Positions 27,301 to 39,300 of a stretch of DNA of 64,000 nucleotides are shown here, piece by piece (position 1 is the first letter of the stretch; each line of letters starts with the position of its first letter). A program made the position numbers and the translations under genes. Under the pieces are notes generated by a model. It saw only the letters and a program-made list of their open reading frames with translations, searched no databases and was not told where the DNA came from. Origin of the DNA: Perna viridis (lineage: Eukaryota); the NCBI GenBank assembly GCA_037379345.1, contig CM074521.1, positions 25,692,704 through 25,756,703 on the forward strand. Direction: 5' to 3'.

Positions 27301-30300
27301 CAACTGGTGTTACTACTGTGCCAACTGAAACCTCTCAGCCAGTACCAACTACCAAACCAACTCCCGAAATTACAACTACGGGAGGAACAACTACAGGTAT
27401 GTTTGATAAAATTAGTATTGTGAATATCATTTCTAGAGGGTGCCTGAAGTGTTACTGATTACCGTTAGTTCAATAACTAGAATTATTCAATTTCAAGAAC
27501 AACATTAAGAGCTTTATCATTTTATGAAGGATGGGGCCTAAGAATTAATGTTTTGAAGAGCTTGAGCTACACATGTATGAGAAAGAAGGAATTGTTACAT
27601 GTATCTGCAGCATACATTGATGAGAAACGTTTGCTTAAACTGAACATAATTTGATGAAAATTGGTGGAATTTCTTATATTTGTTGAAAGAATAATAATAC
27701 AAAAAAGATTTGTACAGTTTACATATGCAGAGAAATTAACTTCTCAGCTTTCCACATTATTTGTATATGTAAATTATTTTTAATCACCTGTTATAACTGG
27801 ATCTCATTGTATATTTTTTCGAACGGTTATCATTGTAATGAACAATTACTGATGAATACAAGAACATAGATTTGACCATGCCCCCAAAAAACATTAAGAG
27901 AATCTTTAATTTACCTTAAGGTACAACTACGGCAGAATGTGAAAAGGTTGACATTATGGATTCAATAAGTGTTGATTTAAGTGTGAAAAAGAATGACGAA
28001 GATGTTGGTCCTGATGACATCAAGGAAGACGATGACAAGAACTTACCTCTTGATGAAAACGATGTTTTGACATTGGAACCAAGCAGTCCTTCAGAAGTTG
28101 ACAGCATCAACGTAAATGGAGATAACATTGATGAAGTTCTTGTCACTGTTTATGATGAGGATGGAAATCCCACAGACATTGAGGTAGTGATATCACATAT
28201 TACTTTTACAGGATATTTAAGGAACAATTGTACTTAATATGGTTACAGAATATTGTCTACAGAAAGAGTTGTTTGGTCCAGTTGATAAATGTTAACAAAA
28301 TCTTTTTAACCTTCTATAGTTTTCCATAAATGATGGGGCAATGACTGTTTTATGATGATTTGATAAACATGGTAATATGATGATATAAATATGTTTATTT
28401 GTTTCATTTTAGGACACACCTGTTAAACCTGGTGAGACCCTTGACTTGAAGAACATTGTTGCCAGCAAGGTGACAGTTCAAGTCAAACCAAAAGAACCCG
28501 GAAAACCAGCTGATGTGGACAAAATAACTTTAGAAATTTGCGAAAAACCTGGTAAGTTTTGTCTCATTTACTCTAGGTTCTGTCGTTTGGTTATTAAATT
28601 TCTTTGTTGAAACATATGAGTTTGATTATAATTACGACACCGAAGACATACTGGCACGATGATTCACTGATATTTTTTTACTTGAAGCATCCTTAAAGAT
28701 GCCATCAATTCATTTTGTGTAATGTCAAAAAGGAATGGGGATGAAAGAACTGGGCTGCTTTAAGATTCCACTTAGCGTTAATAGAATAACACTGCTGTCA
28801 CCTTTTAATCATGCATGCCTTACAATTTTACAGAGTTCCAACATTTTCTTACTTGTCTTGTATATTCGCTTTTTTCACTAGTGACAACTGGTGTTACTAC
28901 TGTGCCAACTGAAACCTCTCAGCCAGTACCAACTACGAAACCAACTCCCGAAATTACAACTACGGGAGGAACAACTACAGGTATGTTTGATAAAATGGGT
29001 ATTGTGAATATCATTTCTAGAGGGTGCATGAAGTGTTACTGATTACCGTTAGTTCAATAACTAGAATTATTCAATTTCAAGAACAACATTAAGAGCTTTA
29101 TCATTTTATGAAGGATGGGGCCTAAGAATTAATGTTTTGAAGAGCTTGAGCTACACATGTATGAGAAAGAAGGAATTGTTACATGTATCTGCAGCATACA
29201 TTGATGAGAAACGTTTGCTTAAACTGAACATAATTTGATGAAAATTGGTGGAATTTCTTATATTTGTTGAAAGAATAATAATACAAAAAAGATTTGTACA
29301 GTTTACATATGCAGAGAAATTAACTTCTCAGCTTTCCACATTATTTGTATATGTAAATTATTTTTAATCACCTGTTATAACTGGATCTCATTGTATATTT
29401 TTTCGAACGGTTATCATTGTAATGAACAATTACTGATGAATACAAGAACATAGATTTGACCATGCCCCCGAAAAACATTAAGAGAATCTTTAATTTACCT
29501 TAAGGTACAACTACGGCAGAATGTGAAAAGGTTGACATTATGGATTCAATAAGTGTTGATTTAAGTGTGAAAAAGAATGACGAAGATGTTGGTCCTGATG
29601 ACATCAAGGAAGACGATGACAAGAACTTACCTCTTGATGAAAACGATGTTTTGACATTGGAACCAAGCAGTCCTTCAGAAGTTGACAGCATCAACGTAAA
29701 TGGAGATAACATTGATGAAGTTCTTGTCACTGTTTATGATGAGGATGGAAATCCCACAGACATTGAGGTAGTGATATCACATATTACTTTTACAGGATAT
29801 TTAAGGAACAATTGTACTTAATATGGTTACAGAATATTGTCTACAGAAAGAGTTGTTTGGTCCAGTTGATAAATGTTAACAAAATCTTTTTAACCTTCTA
29901 TAGTTTTCCATAAATGATGGGGCAATGACTGTTTTATGATGATTTGATAAACATGGTAATATGCTGATATAAATATGTTTATTTGTTTCATTTTAGGACA
30001 CACCTGTTAAACCTGGTGAGACCCTTGACTTGAAGAACATTGTTGCCAGCAAGGTGACAGTTCAAGTCAAACCAAAAGAACCCGGAAAACCAGCTGATGT
30101 GGACAAAATAACTTTAGAAATTTGCGAAAAACCTGGTAAGTTTTGTCTCATTTACTCTAGGTTCTGTCGTTTGGTTATTAAATTTCTTTGTTGAAACATA
30201 TGAGTTTGATTATAATTACGACACCGAAGACATACTGGCACGATGATTCACTGATATTTTTTACTTGAAGCATCCTTAAAGATGCCATCAATTCATTTTG

Positions 30301-33300
30301 TGTAATGTCAAAAAGGAATGGGGATGAAAGAACTGGGCTGCTTTAAGATTCCACTTAGCGTTAATAGAATAACACTGCTGTCACCTTTTAATCATGCATG
30401 CCTAACAATTTTACAGAGTTCCAACATTTTCTTACTTGTCTTGTATATTCGCTTTTTTCACTAGTGACAACTGGTGTTACTACTGTGCCAACTGAAACCT
30501 CTCAGCCAGTACCAACTACGAAACCAACTCCCGAAATTACAACTACGGGAGGAACAACTACAGGTATGTTTGATAAAATGGGTATTATGAATATCATTTC
30601 TAGAGGGTGCCTGAAGTGTTACTGATTACCGTTAGTTCAATAACTAGAATTATTCAATTTCAAGAACAACATTAGGAGCTTTATCATTTTATGAAGGATG
30701 GGGCCTAAGAATTAATGTTTTGAAGAGCTTGAGCTACACATGTATGAGAAAGAAGGAATTGTTACATGTATCTGCAGCATACATTGATGAGAAACGTTTG
30801 CTTACACTGAACATAGCTTGATGAAAATTGGTGGAATTTCTTATTATTTGTTAAAAGAATAATAAAAAAAGATTTGTACAGTTTACATATGCAGAGAAAT
30901 TAACTTCTCAGCTTTCCACATTATTTGTATATGTAAATTATTTTTAATCACATTTTATAACTGGATCTCATTGTATATTTTTTCGAACGGTTATCATTGT
31001 AATTAACAATGACTGATGAATACAAGAACATAGATTTGACCATGCCCTCCAAAAATATTAAGAGAATCTTTAATTTACCTTAAGGTACAACTACGGAAGA
31101 ATGTGAAAAGGTTGACATTATGGATTCAATAAGTGTTGATTTAAGTGTGAAAAAGAATGACGAAGATGTTGGTACTGATGACATCAAGGAAGACGATGAC
31201 AAGAACTTACCACTTGATGAAAACGATGTTTTGACATTGGAACCAAGCAGTCCTTCAGAAGTTGACAGCATCAACGTAAATGGAGATAACATTGATGAAG
31301 TTCTTGTCACTGTTTATGATGAGGATGGAAATCCCACAGACATTGAGGTAGTGATATCACAGATTACTTTTAACAGGATATTTAAGGAACAATTGTACTT
31401 AATATGGTTACAGAATATTGTCTACAGAAAGAGTTGTTTGGTCCAGTTGATAAATGTTAACAAAATCTGTTTAACCTTCTATAGTTTTCCATAAATGATG
31501 AGGCAATGACTGTTTTATGATGATTTGATAAACATGGTAATATGATGATATAAATATGTTTATTATTTTCATTTTAGGACACACCTGTTAAACCTGGTGA
31601 GACCCTTGACTTGAAGAACATTGTTGCCAGCAAGGTGACAGTTCAAGTCAAACCAAAAGAACCCGGAAAACCAGCTGATGTAGACAAAATAACTTTAGAA
31701 ATTTGCGAAAAACCTGGTAAGTTTTGTCTCATTTACTCTAGGTTCTGTCGTTTGGTTATTAAATTTCTTTGTTGAAACATATGAGTTTGATTATAATTAC
31801 AACACCGAAGACATACTGGCACGATGATTCACTGATATTTGTTTACTTGAAGCATCCTTAAAGATGCCATCAATTCATTTTGTGTAATGTCAAAAAGGAA
31901 TGGGGATGAAAGAACTGGGCTGCTTTAAGATTCCACTTAGCGTTAATAGAATAACACTGCTGTCACCTTTTAATCATGTATGCCTAACAATTTTACAGAG
32001 TTCCAACATTTTCTTACTTGTCTTGTATATTCGCTTTTTTCATTAGTGACAACTGGTGTTACTACTGTGCCAACTGAAACCTCTCAGCCAGTACCAACTA
32101 CGAAACCAACTCCCGAAATTACAACTACGGGAGGAACAACTACAGGTATGTTTGATAAAATGGGTATTATGAATATCATTTCTAGAGGGTGCCTGAAGTG
32201 TTACTGATTACCGTTAGTTCAATAACTAGAATTATTCAATTTCAAGAACAACATTAGGAGCTACATCATTTTATGAAGGATGGGGCCTAAGAATTAATGT
32301 TTTGAAGAGCTACACATGTATGAGAAAGAAGGAAAAAAACCTGGTGAGATTTGTTTATTTTCTCTAGGTTCTGTCTTTTGATTATAACAAAGACACCTAA
32401 GAAATACTAGCATGATGGTTCACAAATTTTTATCACGTTAGAGGACTGTCAAAGATGATGCCATCAATTCACTTTGGTTAATATGAAAATTAAATATGGA
32501 GTTCTGGGATTGGGTTTCCTTTAAGATTGGACATGGCATTTATAATACAAATTCACTATTATCACCTTTTTATCACGTATGCTTAACAATTTTATACATT
32601 TTCTCATTTGTCTTGTATTTTACTTCTTTCACTAGTGACTGCTGGTGTTACTACTGTGCCAACTGAAACCTCTCAGGCAGCACCTACTTCGAAACCAGGA
32701 CCTGAAATCACAACTCCGGGAGGAACAACTACAGGTGTGTTTGATAAAATGGGTATTTTGAATACCATTTTAGGAAAGTGCCTAAATTGTTACTGATAAC
32801 TGTAAATGCAACAAGTAGAATTTTACAAGTTTTTAGAAAGCATAAGGATATACATCATTTTTTGGAAGATCAGGTCGAAGAATTCATTACGTGCTTTGGA
32901 AGGAAAGCATTGTTCCTACAATTAAAAAGAGATTGTTGATATTGAACATTATTTGTTTAACACAATCTAGTTTAACATGAAGGAAGCATGCTTGAAGCTT
33001 GTGCTTTTGTATCTTGGGCAGTTAATGATTATTTTGACCAATACAAAAAGCTTTAAAACGAGACGTAAAAAATATTATTTGCATTTCAGTTAATATCGTT
33101 TGTTTTCAATTTTAGTTCAAACTACCAGTAGTGTACCAGAAACTACTGTGTCTAATCCATGTCTATCTGAAGAAGGTATGCAGAATCCAGCTCTGACACC
33201 AGAAATTGAAGTAACAGGCATTACAAGTGCTGATGCTTTAAGACCTAGTAATGAGCCACTTGTGGTAAAAGATGACACTGTGGAAATAAAAATAGGTCTT

Positions 33301-36300
33301 GGAGGAGTAATCCAACTTGGTTCAATTGGATTTCGTAATCAAGATAGTAACAATGTTGGAACTTTTAAAATTAGCTTGGTGAAGGAGAATGGGAACGTTG
33401 AAGAATATGAGAATGGAAAGGTTTGTATTAATATTTCCAATTCAGTATTGATCGTCGCTTAAACTGATTAAGTAGTAGTCTTTGTACGAATCATGCAAAT
33501 ACTGTAATATGTGACATACCCTAAAAAGGCTACATATTTTTATTTTTGTTATCAAGTTGCTTTATAGGTCCATATGATGAAATGTATAATTATTCATTCC
33601 GATCAGTCTGCTCTGAGTATATAATCCACATTGAAAAGCCAACAGTTTCTCTTGTACTTTAGTGTCATTTACAGAATGATCTCCCTTAATTTTGAATTCG
33701 AAATTACATTTTATATAAACTCTATCTCCTAAGAACGCAGGTTATATGATAAGCTACGTCTTAATTTCTGTTAACTTTTTAAACAAAACTTTAAAAAAAA
33801 GCATATATATTAGCTGTCCGATCATATATTCCATTTTGCATGTTTTACTCTGGAGTATTACTTAAACAGTCAAATAGTAACAGCAGTTTGTAAAAATTTG
33901 TATTTTCTGTTCTTATGATCATTGATTTATTACTGATTTCTGCAGTGTGCAGTTATTTAAACAGATTACAACATCACTGAATGATGAATGTAGATACTTT
34001 GATGTATTCATCAGTAACCTCTGCATGATATAGTCATTCAATGAAAAGTACAGTTATTTGAGTATAACTTAAAATTCAGTTATACATCATCAGTAACCTC
34101 TGCATGATATAGTCATTCAATGAAAAGTACAGTTATTTGAGTATAACTTAAAATTCAGTCATTTTTTTTTTCTAAATTAATATTTTTTTTATTTTTTATC
34201 ATTCAAATATTGTTTGTTAATTAAGTATATACCAGCTACTTGCAAACTTTATTATCAATGTAAATTAACAACATACTTTTTGACATGAATAACAAATAAA
34301 TGTTTTGCCTGTTTGCCTAAAATAAATTATGATCTTCATGGTGAACAATATTAGAACAACTGGTTAAACTCTGGCATATTGATTGCAGGAAAAAGTATGT
34401 TATTAAGTAATTTCATGATTTTTACAGGTGTTTAGCGGAAAGGAAGCTCTGGTATTTGATGAAAATACCTTTGCCAAAAAGTTAGTCGTTCAAATTCTAA
34501 GCAAAGAAAATCCTGACAGTAACTACCAGCTAGATGTTGATTTGAGAGCGTGCTTCAAGCAAGGTACTTTTTTCTTAAAATTTTCTGAAGATTTAAGATC
34601 CTGCTTCCAGTAAGGTACTTTACTCTTAAGGCTTTCTGAAGATTTAAGAGCCTGTCTTAAGTAAGGAACGTTACTCGAAAAGTTTTCTGAAGATATAAGA
34701 GCCAGATACAAGCAAGGAAAATACTCTAATAGCTTTCTGAAATACAACTGTCTTTGTGCATTATCTATATTATTCACCTCGAAACAAATTTCAGGGCTAT
34801 AATGTTAATGACTCACCTATTTATCCGCTTTCATGCCTTGAAAAGCACGTAAATTTTTTTTCTTCTTTTCTTTAGTGAATAGTTAGTTGCTGTAGAAACA
34901 AATGTTCCTTATATAGATATTACAAATTTCGAAAGGCTGTAGATGTAGAAAATTGATCTTCACAGCAATTATCAAGGGATCAAACTGTTTATGAGAGGGG
35001 ACTTACTTTAACACTAGTATTTACCTGTACCACCCGCATTTATTTTAACAATTCACTTCAAACTTTTGATGATTGCTGAGTAAAAGCTTGGATTGGATTG
35101 ATTTTCTCAGAAATCGATCAAAGAGGATTACTTTTTGAGTAGGGAACATAGTTAAATGTAATTCATTTTAGCTTGTTACCTTGGTTGCATCACAATATTT
35201 GGAAGATTTCCTTCGGGCTTTGGTGAATTTTTAGTAACATTAAATAATGTGGGTGCAATGTACAATGAAAATTGCGCAAACTAAATTATAAAAAAAACTG
35301 AAAAATCAAATCCGTTTAAACTTGGCCTCTTCCGGAGTCTTAATTTTAGAAGTCGTACACCGAATGTTTTTGAATTGAATGCTATTAAGACCGTTTTTAA
35401 CAGTATTATTTATGAATATCTGATGACCCGTATGTCTCATTAAATTTAATTTAAGTCATGAATAAGCTTGAAAAATTGTAACCATCAAAAGACGTAGCAG
35501 TTGCTTTGGCTTTATAATGATTTTCATAACTCATAAGGTTAAATTTGCATTTATGCTGTAATAAAAGTTTTGTCCTCCCCCGTAGTAGCGTCATTTTCAA
35601 CCATCTGAACTATCCGTTGTTATGAAGGCTAAAGAAGTGGGTTCATTTAAATTATGGATAATTAAACTACATTAACTATTCAGTGTCATGAAGATATTGT
35701 TTTATATAAAACTCTGTCTTAATTAAACCCCTAAACGAAGGGGGTAGTCTGTATGTTTTTCACGTTTTTGACAGTTTTACCAGAAACTCTCCATAACGAT
35801 TAGTTTTTATGTTAGGTGCATTTTGGTAACATATAGTGTATATACTCTGTGTGTTTATAAAGTATAAAGGTATCTATCAACTGAATAGATATTGGATTGC
35901 CGATTAATAACGAAAACCAAACAGAAAACCAAAACCAAAAACAAAACAAACATAAAAATAAAAACAAAACAAAACAAAAAAATGTTTATAGCATGCACCG
36001 CAAGATTGATATATTTGCTTGTCAGTCTTGTCTTAAACCAGCACTACGTTAGTAAATGCAAACAACTTTTTCACATTCGTTAGAACAGACACAGGAGCGA
36101 ATAAAAGCCCTTTACTTTCTGGAAGTCAGCATTTCAGATTATCTAACCACTGTCTCAAGGATTTTAACCCAATGTAAATCCTGATCAGTGTATAGAACAC
36201 AAGATCCACAGAGGGTGGGGCTTTGGAAAAAAGGGACTTTGTGTCATACATATTCGTTTATGTTTTTAGTAATATTGTTAAACAAAATTTAAGATTATCC

Positions 36301-39300
36301 CAAAGTTTATGTTTTTATTACACAATGTTTCACTGTCGATAAAAAATTGAATACAAGTCATACGGTGATTAGTTGAATGAAATTTACATATAAATATACC
36401 TAAAAACATTGAAAAATCCCACAGAAGTTGCACGTGTATAAGTAAACATTTCAGAATGTCGAATATGGAATTTAATAAAAAAAAATATCTTTTTTGGAAG
36501 AAAACTTGTAGACGATTATTAAAAAGTTTTTTTTTGCAAATGAGATGAAGGGAGCAAATGGCAAAATCCCACATAGCTGACATTTACGGTGCTTTTGCTT
36601 TGTCATGCTCCGAACAGATTCTGACGTTCCGGTCACCCTAGAAGCTGCAAGCTGCTGCCAGCTCTCTCAGAAATGCAAGAATCATGCAAAGTCGGGGAAA
36701 TGCAAATGATTTTACGCGACGTTATCCGATGGTAAAACCACGTTTGATTTGTATTATGTACGAGAATTTCGAAAGGCCTGTGTGCAGCGGTTAGTAAGAA
36801 AGGAAACGAGAAATGCGAGATTGTATGAGTAGTTTTTACTTGTACTTAGCCATTTTAGGCACTTATTTGCACATTAGCTTAAGCATGAGTAAAGTATCAT
36901 TAAGCCTAAAGCCAGAAAATAACCAACATTTTTTGTAGAAGGTTTGTATTAAAATAGGGAGTAATTTATGTTATGAAAAAAAAACTTTTTTTAAAACTTT
37001 ATTCAAAAAGAAATATCTCCAAATAAGTCAAAAACTCTAAAAGCCGTTTTTTATTTCACAGTTACAAGTCTAACTGAAACAACCAAACCAATTTCAACCA
37101 CTCAACCAGGTTCTACATCAACTGAAGAAGTAACAACCGTAGAAACAACTACACAGATACCAAGTGTGTATTAGATTTGATGACCATGCTATGTGACTCT
37201 AATGTTTTAAATTAATTCTGTTAATGTTTTTCTCTTTGTTGATGTTGAATTTTTCAGACCTTTCTATACGTTTACATATCTGTATCAATTTGATTCGATG
37301 GAACAGTGTAGCGAATAGAGTGGTCACATTCTGAGACGTTTGTATAATATTGATTTGTTGCGATATGCATCATTAATTTGATCCTCTATCCTACATAATA
37401 ACATCTAAATGAACTGTCCCGTACTACCATACATCGTGTACTAAGTTACAGCCCTAGATTAATCCTACCTACGAGGAGGAATGACCCGGCCAGAGAAAGC
37501 TATATATGTATATAGCCTAGCTGGCCGAGTGGTCAAGGGCGCTGGACTTTATGCAGGCGGTGTTGCCATAGATGTCACAGCGGTACGAGTTCGAGTCCCG
37601 CGGAGGGAACGACCACAAATTTGTATTGCAAATTTGACAGTTCTAACATCGTTGGGAATTTTTCAGACCTTTCTATATTCCTTAATCATTTTTACCGGAG
37701 GTCAGTCTTTAAATTTTTATCAACTTTACAATTAAACGTTTAAAAATCCGAACGTTTGTTATGTCCATAACAACAAAAGTATTAGTCAAAACAAGTCAAA
37801 ACATTTCATTGCAGGTTTGTTGTGGGTGTTTAATTGTTTTGCCTACAAAAAAAAGACAACGTCATTACAAAAAAAATTGAAAAAAAAAAATTAATCATCC
37901 TACCTGTTCTTTTTAGCTCTTGTGAGCTGTTGTCATCACTTAGCGTCTGTCTTCGTTGGTCGTGTTAACTTTTTTTTAAAATTCTTCCACTTTTAAACCA
38001 TTCTGTGGATTATTACCAAAGTTCTTAATTATACTTTAAAAATTGTGTCGACTATAAAGTCAAGAGTACATGGCTGCTTTTCCAATTTTGAAACCGCATA
38101 GGGAAATTCGCCTATTTCTACTTATATCTAAAGATTATAAGGGACATTCGAAAACATAAATGTGACCATCCCGTTTACTTACAAAACTTTCCGGGATCCA
38201 GGTGGTCAGATGACTCCTCGTCAGAGTATTTGCCTTTGAAAGGCGAAAATGGAACCTGCTGAGCGATCCCGACTTCTAGGATCCCTATTTTCTTAAACCA
38301 AATTATTTCGATAATTATATTTAAAAAAAATTGTTTCCGAATGACAAACCACTTAATTGGTTTACCACTATGTGCTCCGAAAAAGAGGGATATTGAAAAA
38401 ATTATTTTAATCTTTAATTTTTCTATTAATGCATGCACTTACATTATTTTCATTGCAGCAACCACTGTTGAAATTACAGAAATTACATCGTCAACCAACC
38501 CTATTACCGTTCCTCCAACTGGATCTACAACAGAGAAATGTGCCAAAGTAGAGGTCATGGATCCTGCAGAATATGGAAATGTTAATCTAAAACTTGGAAA
38601 TATACAGCTTCAAGATAATTTCTTATCAACGCTGAAGGACAAGGACTTGCGCGTCTTAGAACTTCAACCTGGACAGGATGACTTTACGTTTACTCCTGAG
38701 TCGTTAACGGAAGTGTATAGTGTCGCTGTTGATGCGACAAATGTTGAATCTGTTAAAGTGGTGTACACAGATGAAAATGGAAAACAGAACACAGTAAGAC
38801 CATTCCATAAATTTAGCTTTTATGATTGACCTTAATCTCTCCTTATTGAAATTAAAAGGATTAGAATTTTTTTTAAATAATGGAGTAAAAATATTAGTTT
38901 CACGATGACAAGTTATTTAGACTGCTTTCATCATAGAGGTTGTCCTCGTTTAGTCATACTATTTTTCAGTGATAATTCGACTAGGTCCAATTTTTTCGAT
39001 ATTTTATATTTTACGTGTAAGCTAGCTACATCCAGTTGAGCAACTTTTTGTTTGGTCAAATATATTTATTTTTGTGATATGTCTAAGGTACGATTTCTAC
39101 AGTATTGATGATTGTTATTTTGAAGTAAATATTTGTTGAAAAATGCTTGTACACTTCTTTGATTTCAGGTATCAGGAGAACCATTTGAGCAAATTGAATT
39201 GAACTTTGTTAGTGTGAAGTCACTAACAGTATCACTAGATCGTAAAGATCCAAACCTAAATGTGAAACTAGATCAGATATCAGTTGTTGTTTGTAAAAAA

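Larger units (their letters stand above)
1..32734 (+). repeat. Array A: ~20 tandem exon-intron cassettes of ~1,585 bp, each encoding 167 aa (exons of 263+139+99 nt)
   Basis: The MDSISVDLSV ORF recurs at 1341, 2937, 4518, 6103, 7688, 9272, 11599, 13071, 15397, 16868, 18453, 20038, 21622, 23206, 24787, 26372, 27956, 29540 and 31120. Exon A1 = ATG-35..ATG+227. Introns are nearly identical between copies, and the array continues upstream of the window. Confidence 0.97.

Noticed and set aside
1301-31310. Repeated minus-strand 76-aa ORFs (MTRTSSMLSPF...)
   Set aside because: They are antisense shadows of exon A1. The Ser/Phe-rich composition is the reverse complement of Asp/Glu/Lys codons, and all splice signals are on the + strand.
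34750-37050. Possible hidden exons or a nested gene in the 2.5 kb intron, including a GC-richer patch at ~36550-36830 with an ATGCAAAT octamer
   Set aside because: I found no Thr-rich or domain-like exon with proper splice sites, and the short ORFs are low-complexity. It is probably decayed repeat sequence that I cannot classify, and a single octamer match is expected by chance.
37515-37605. Functional tRNA gene
   Set aside because: A and B boxes are present, but I could not form a convincing acceptor stem or anticodon arm, and the region is embedded in a repeat-bounded element. It is treated as SINE-like.
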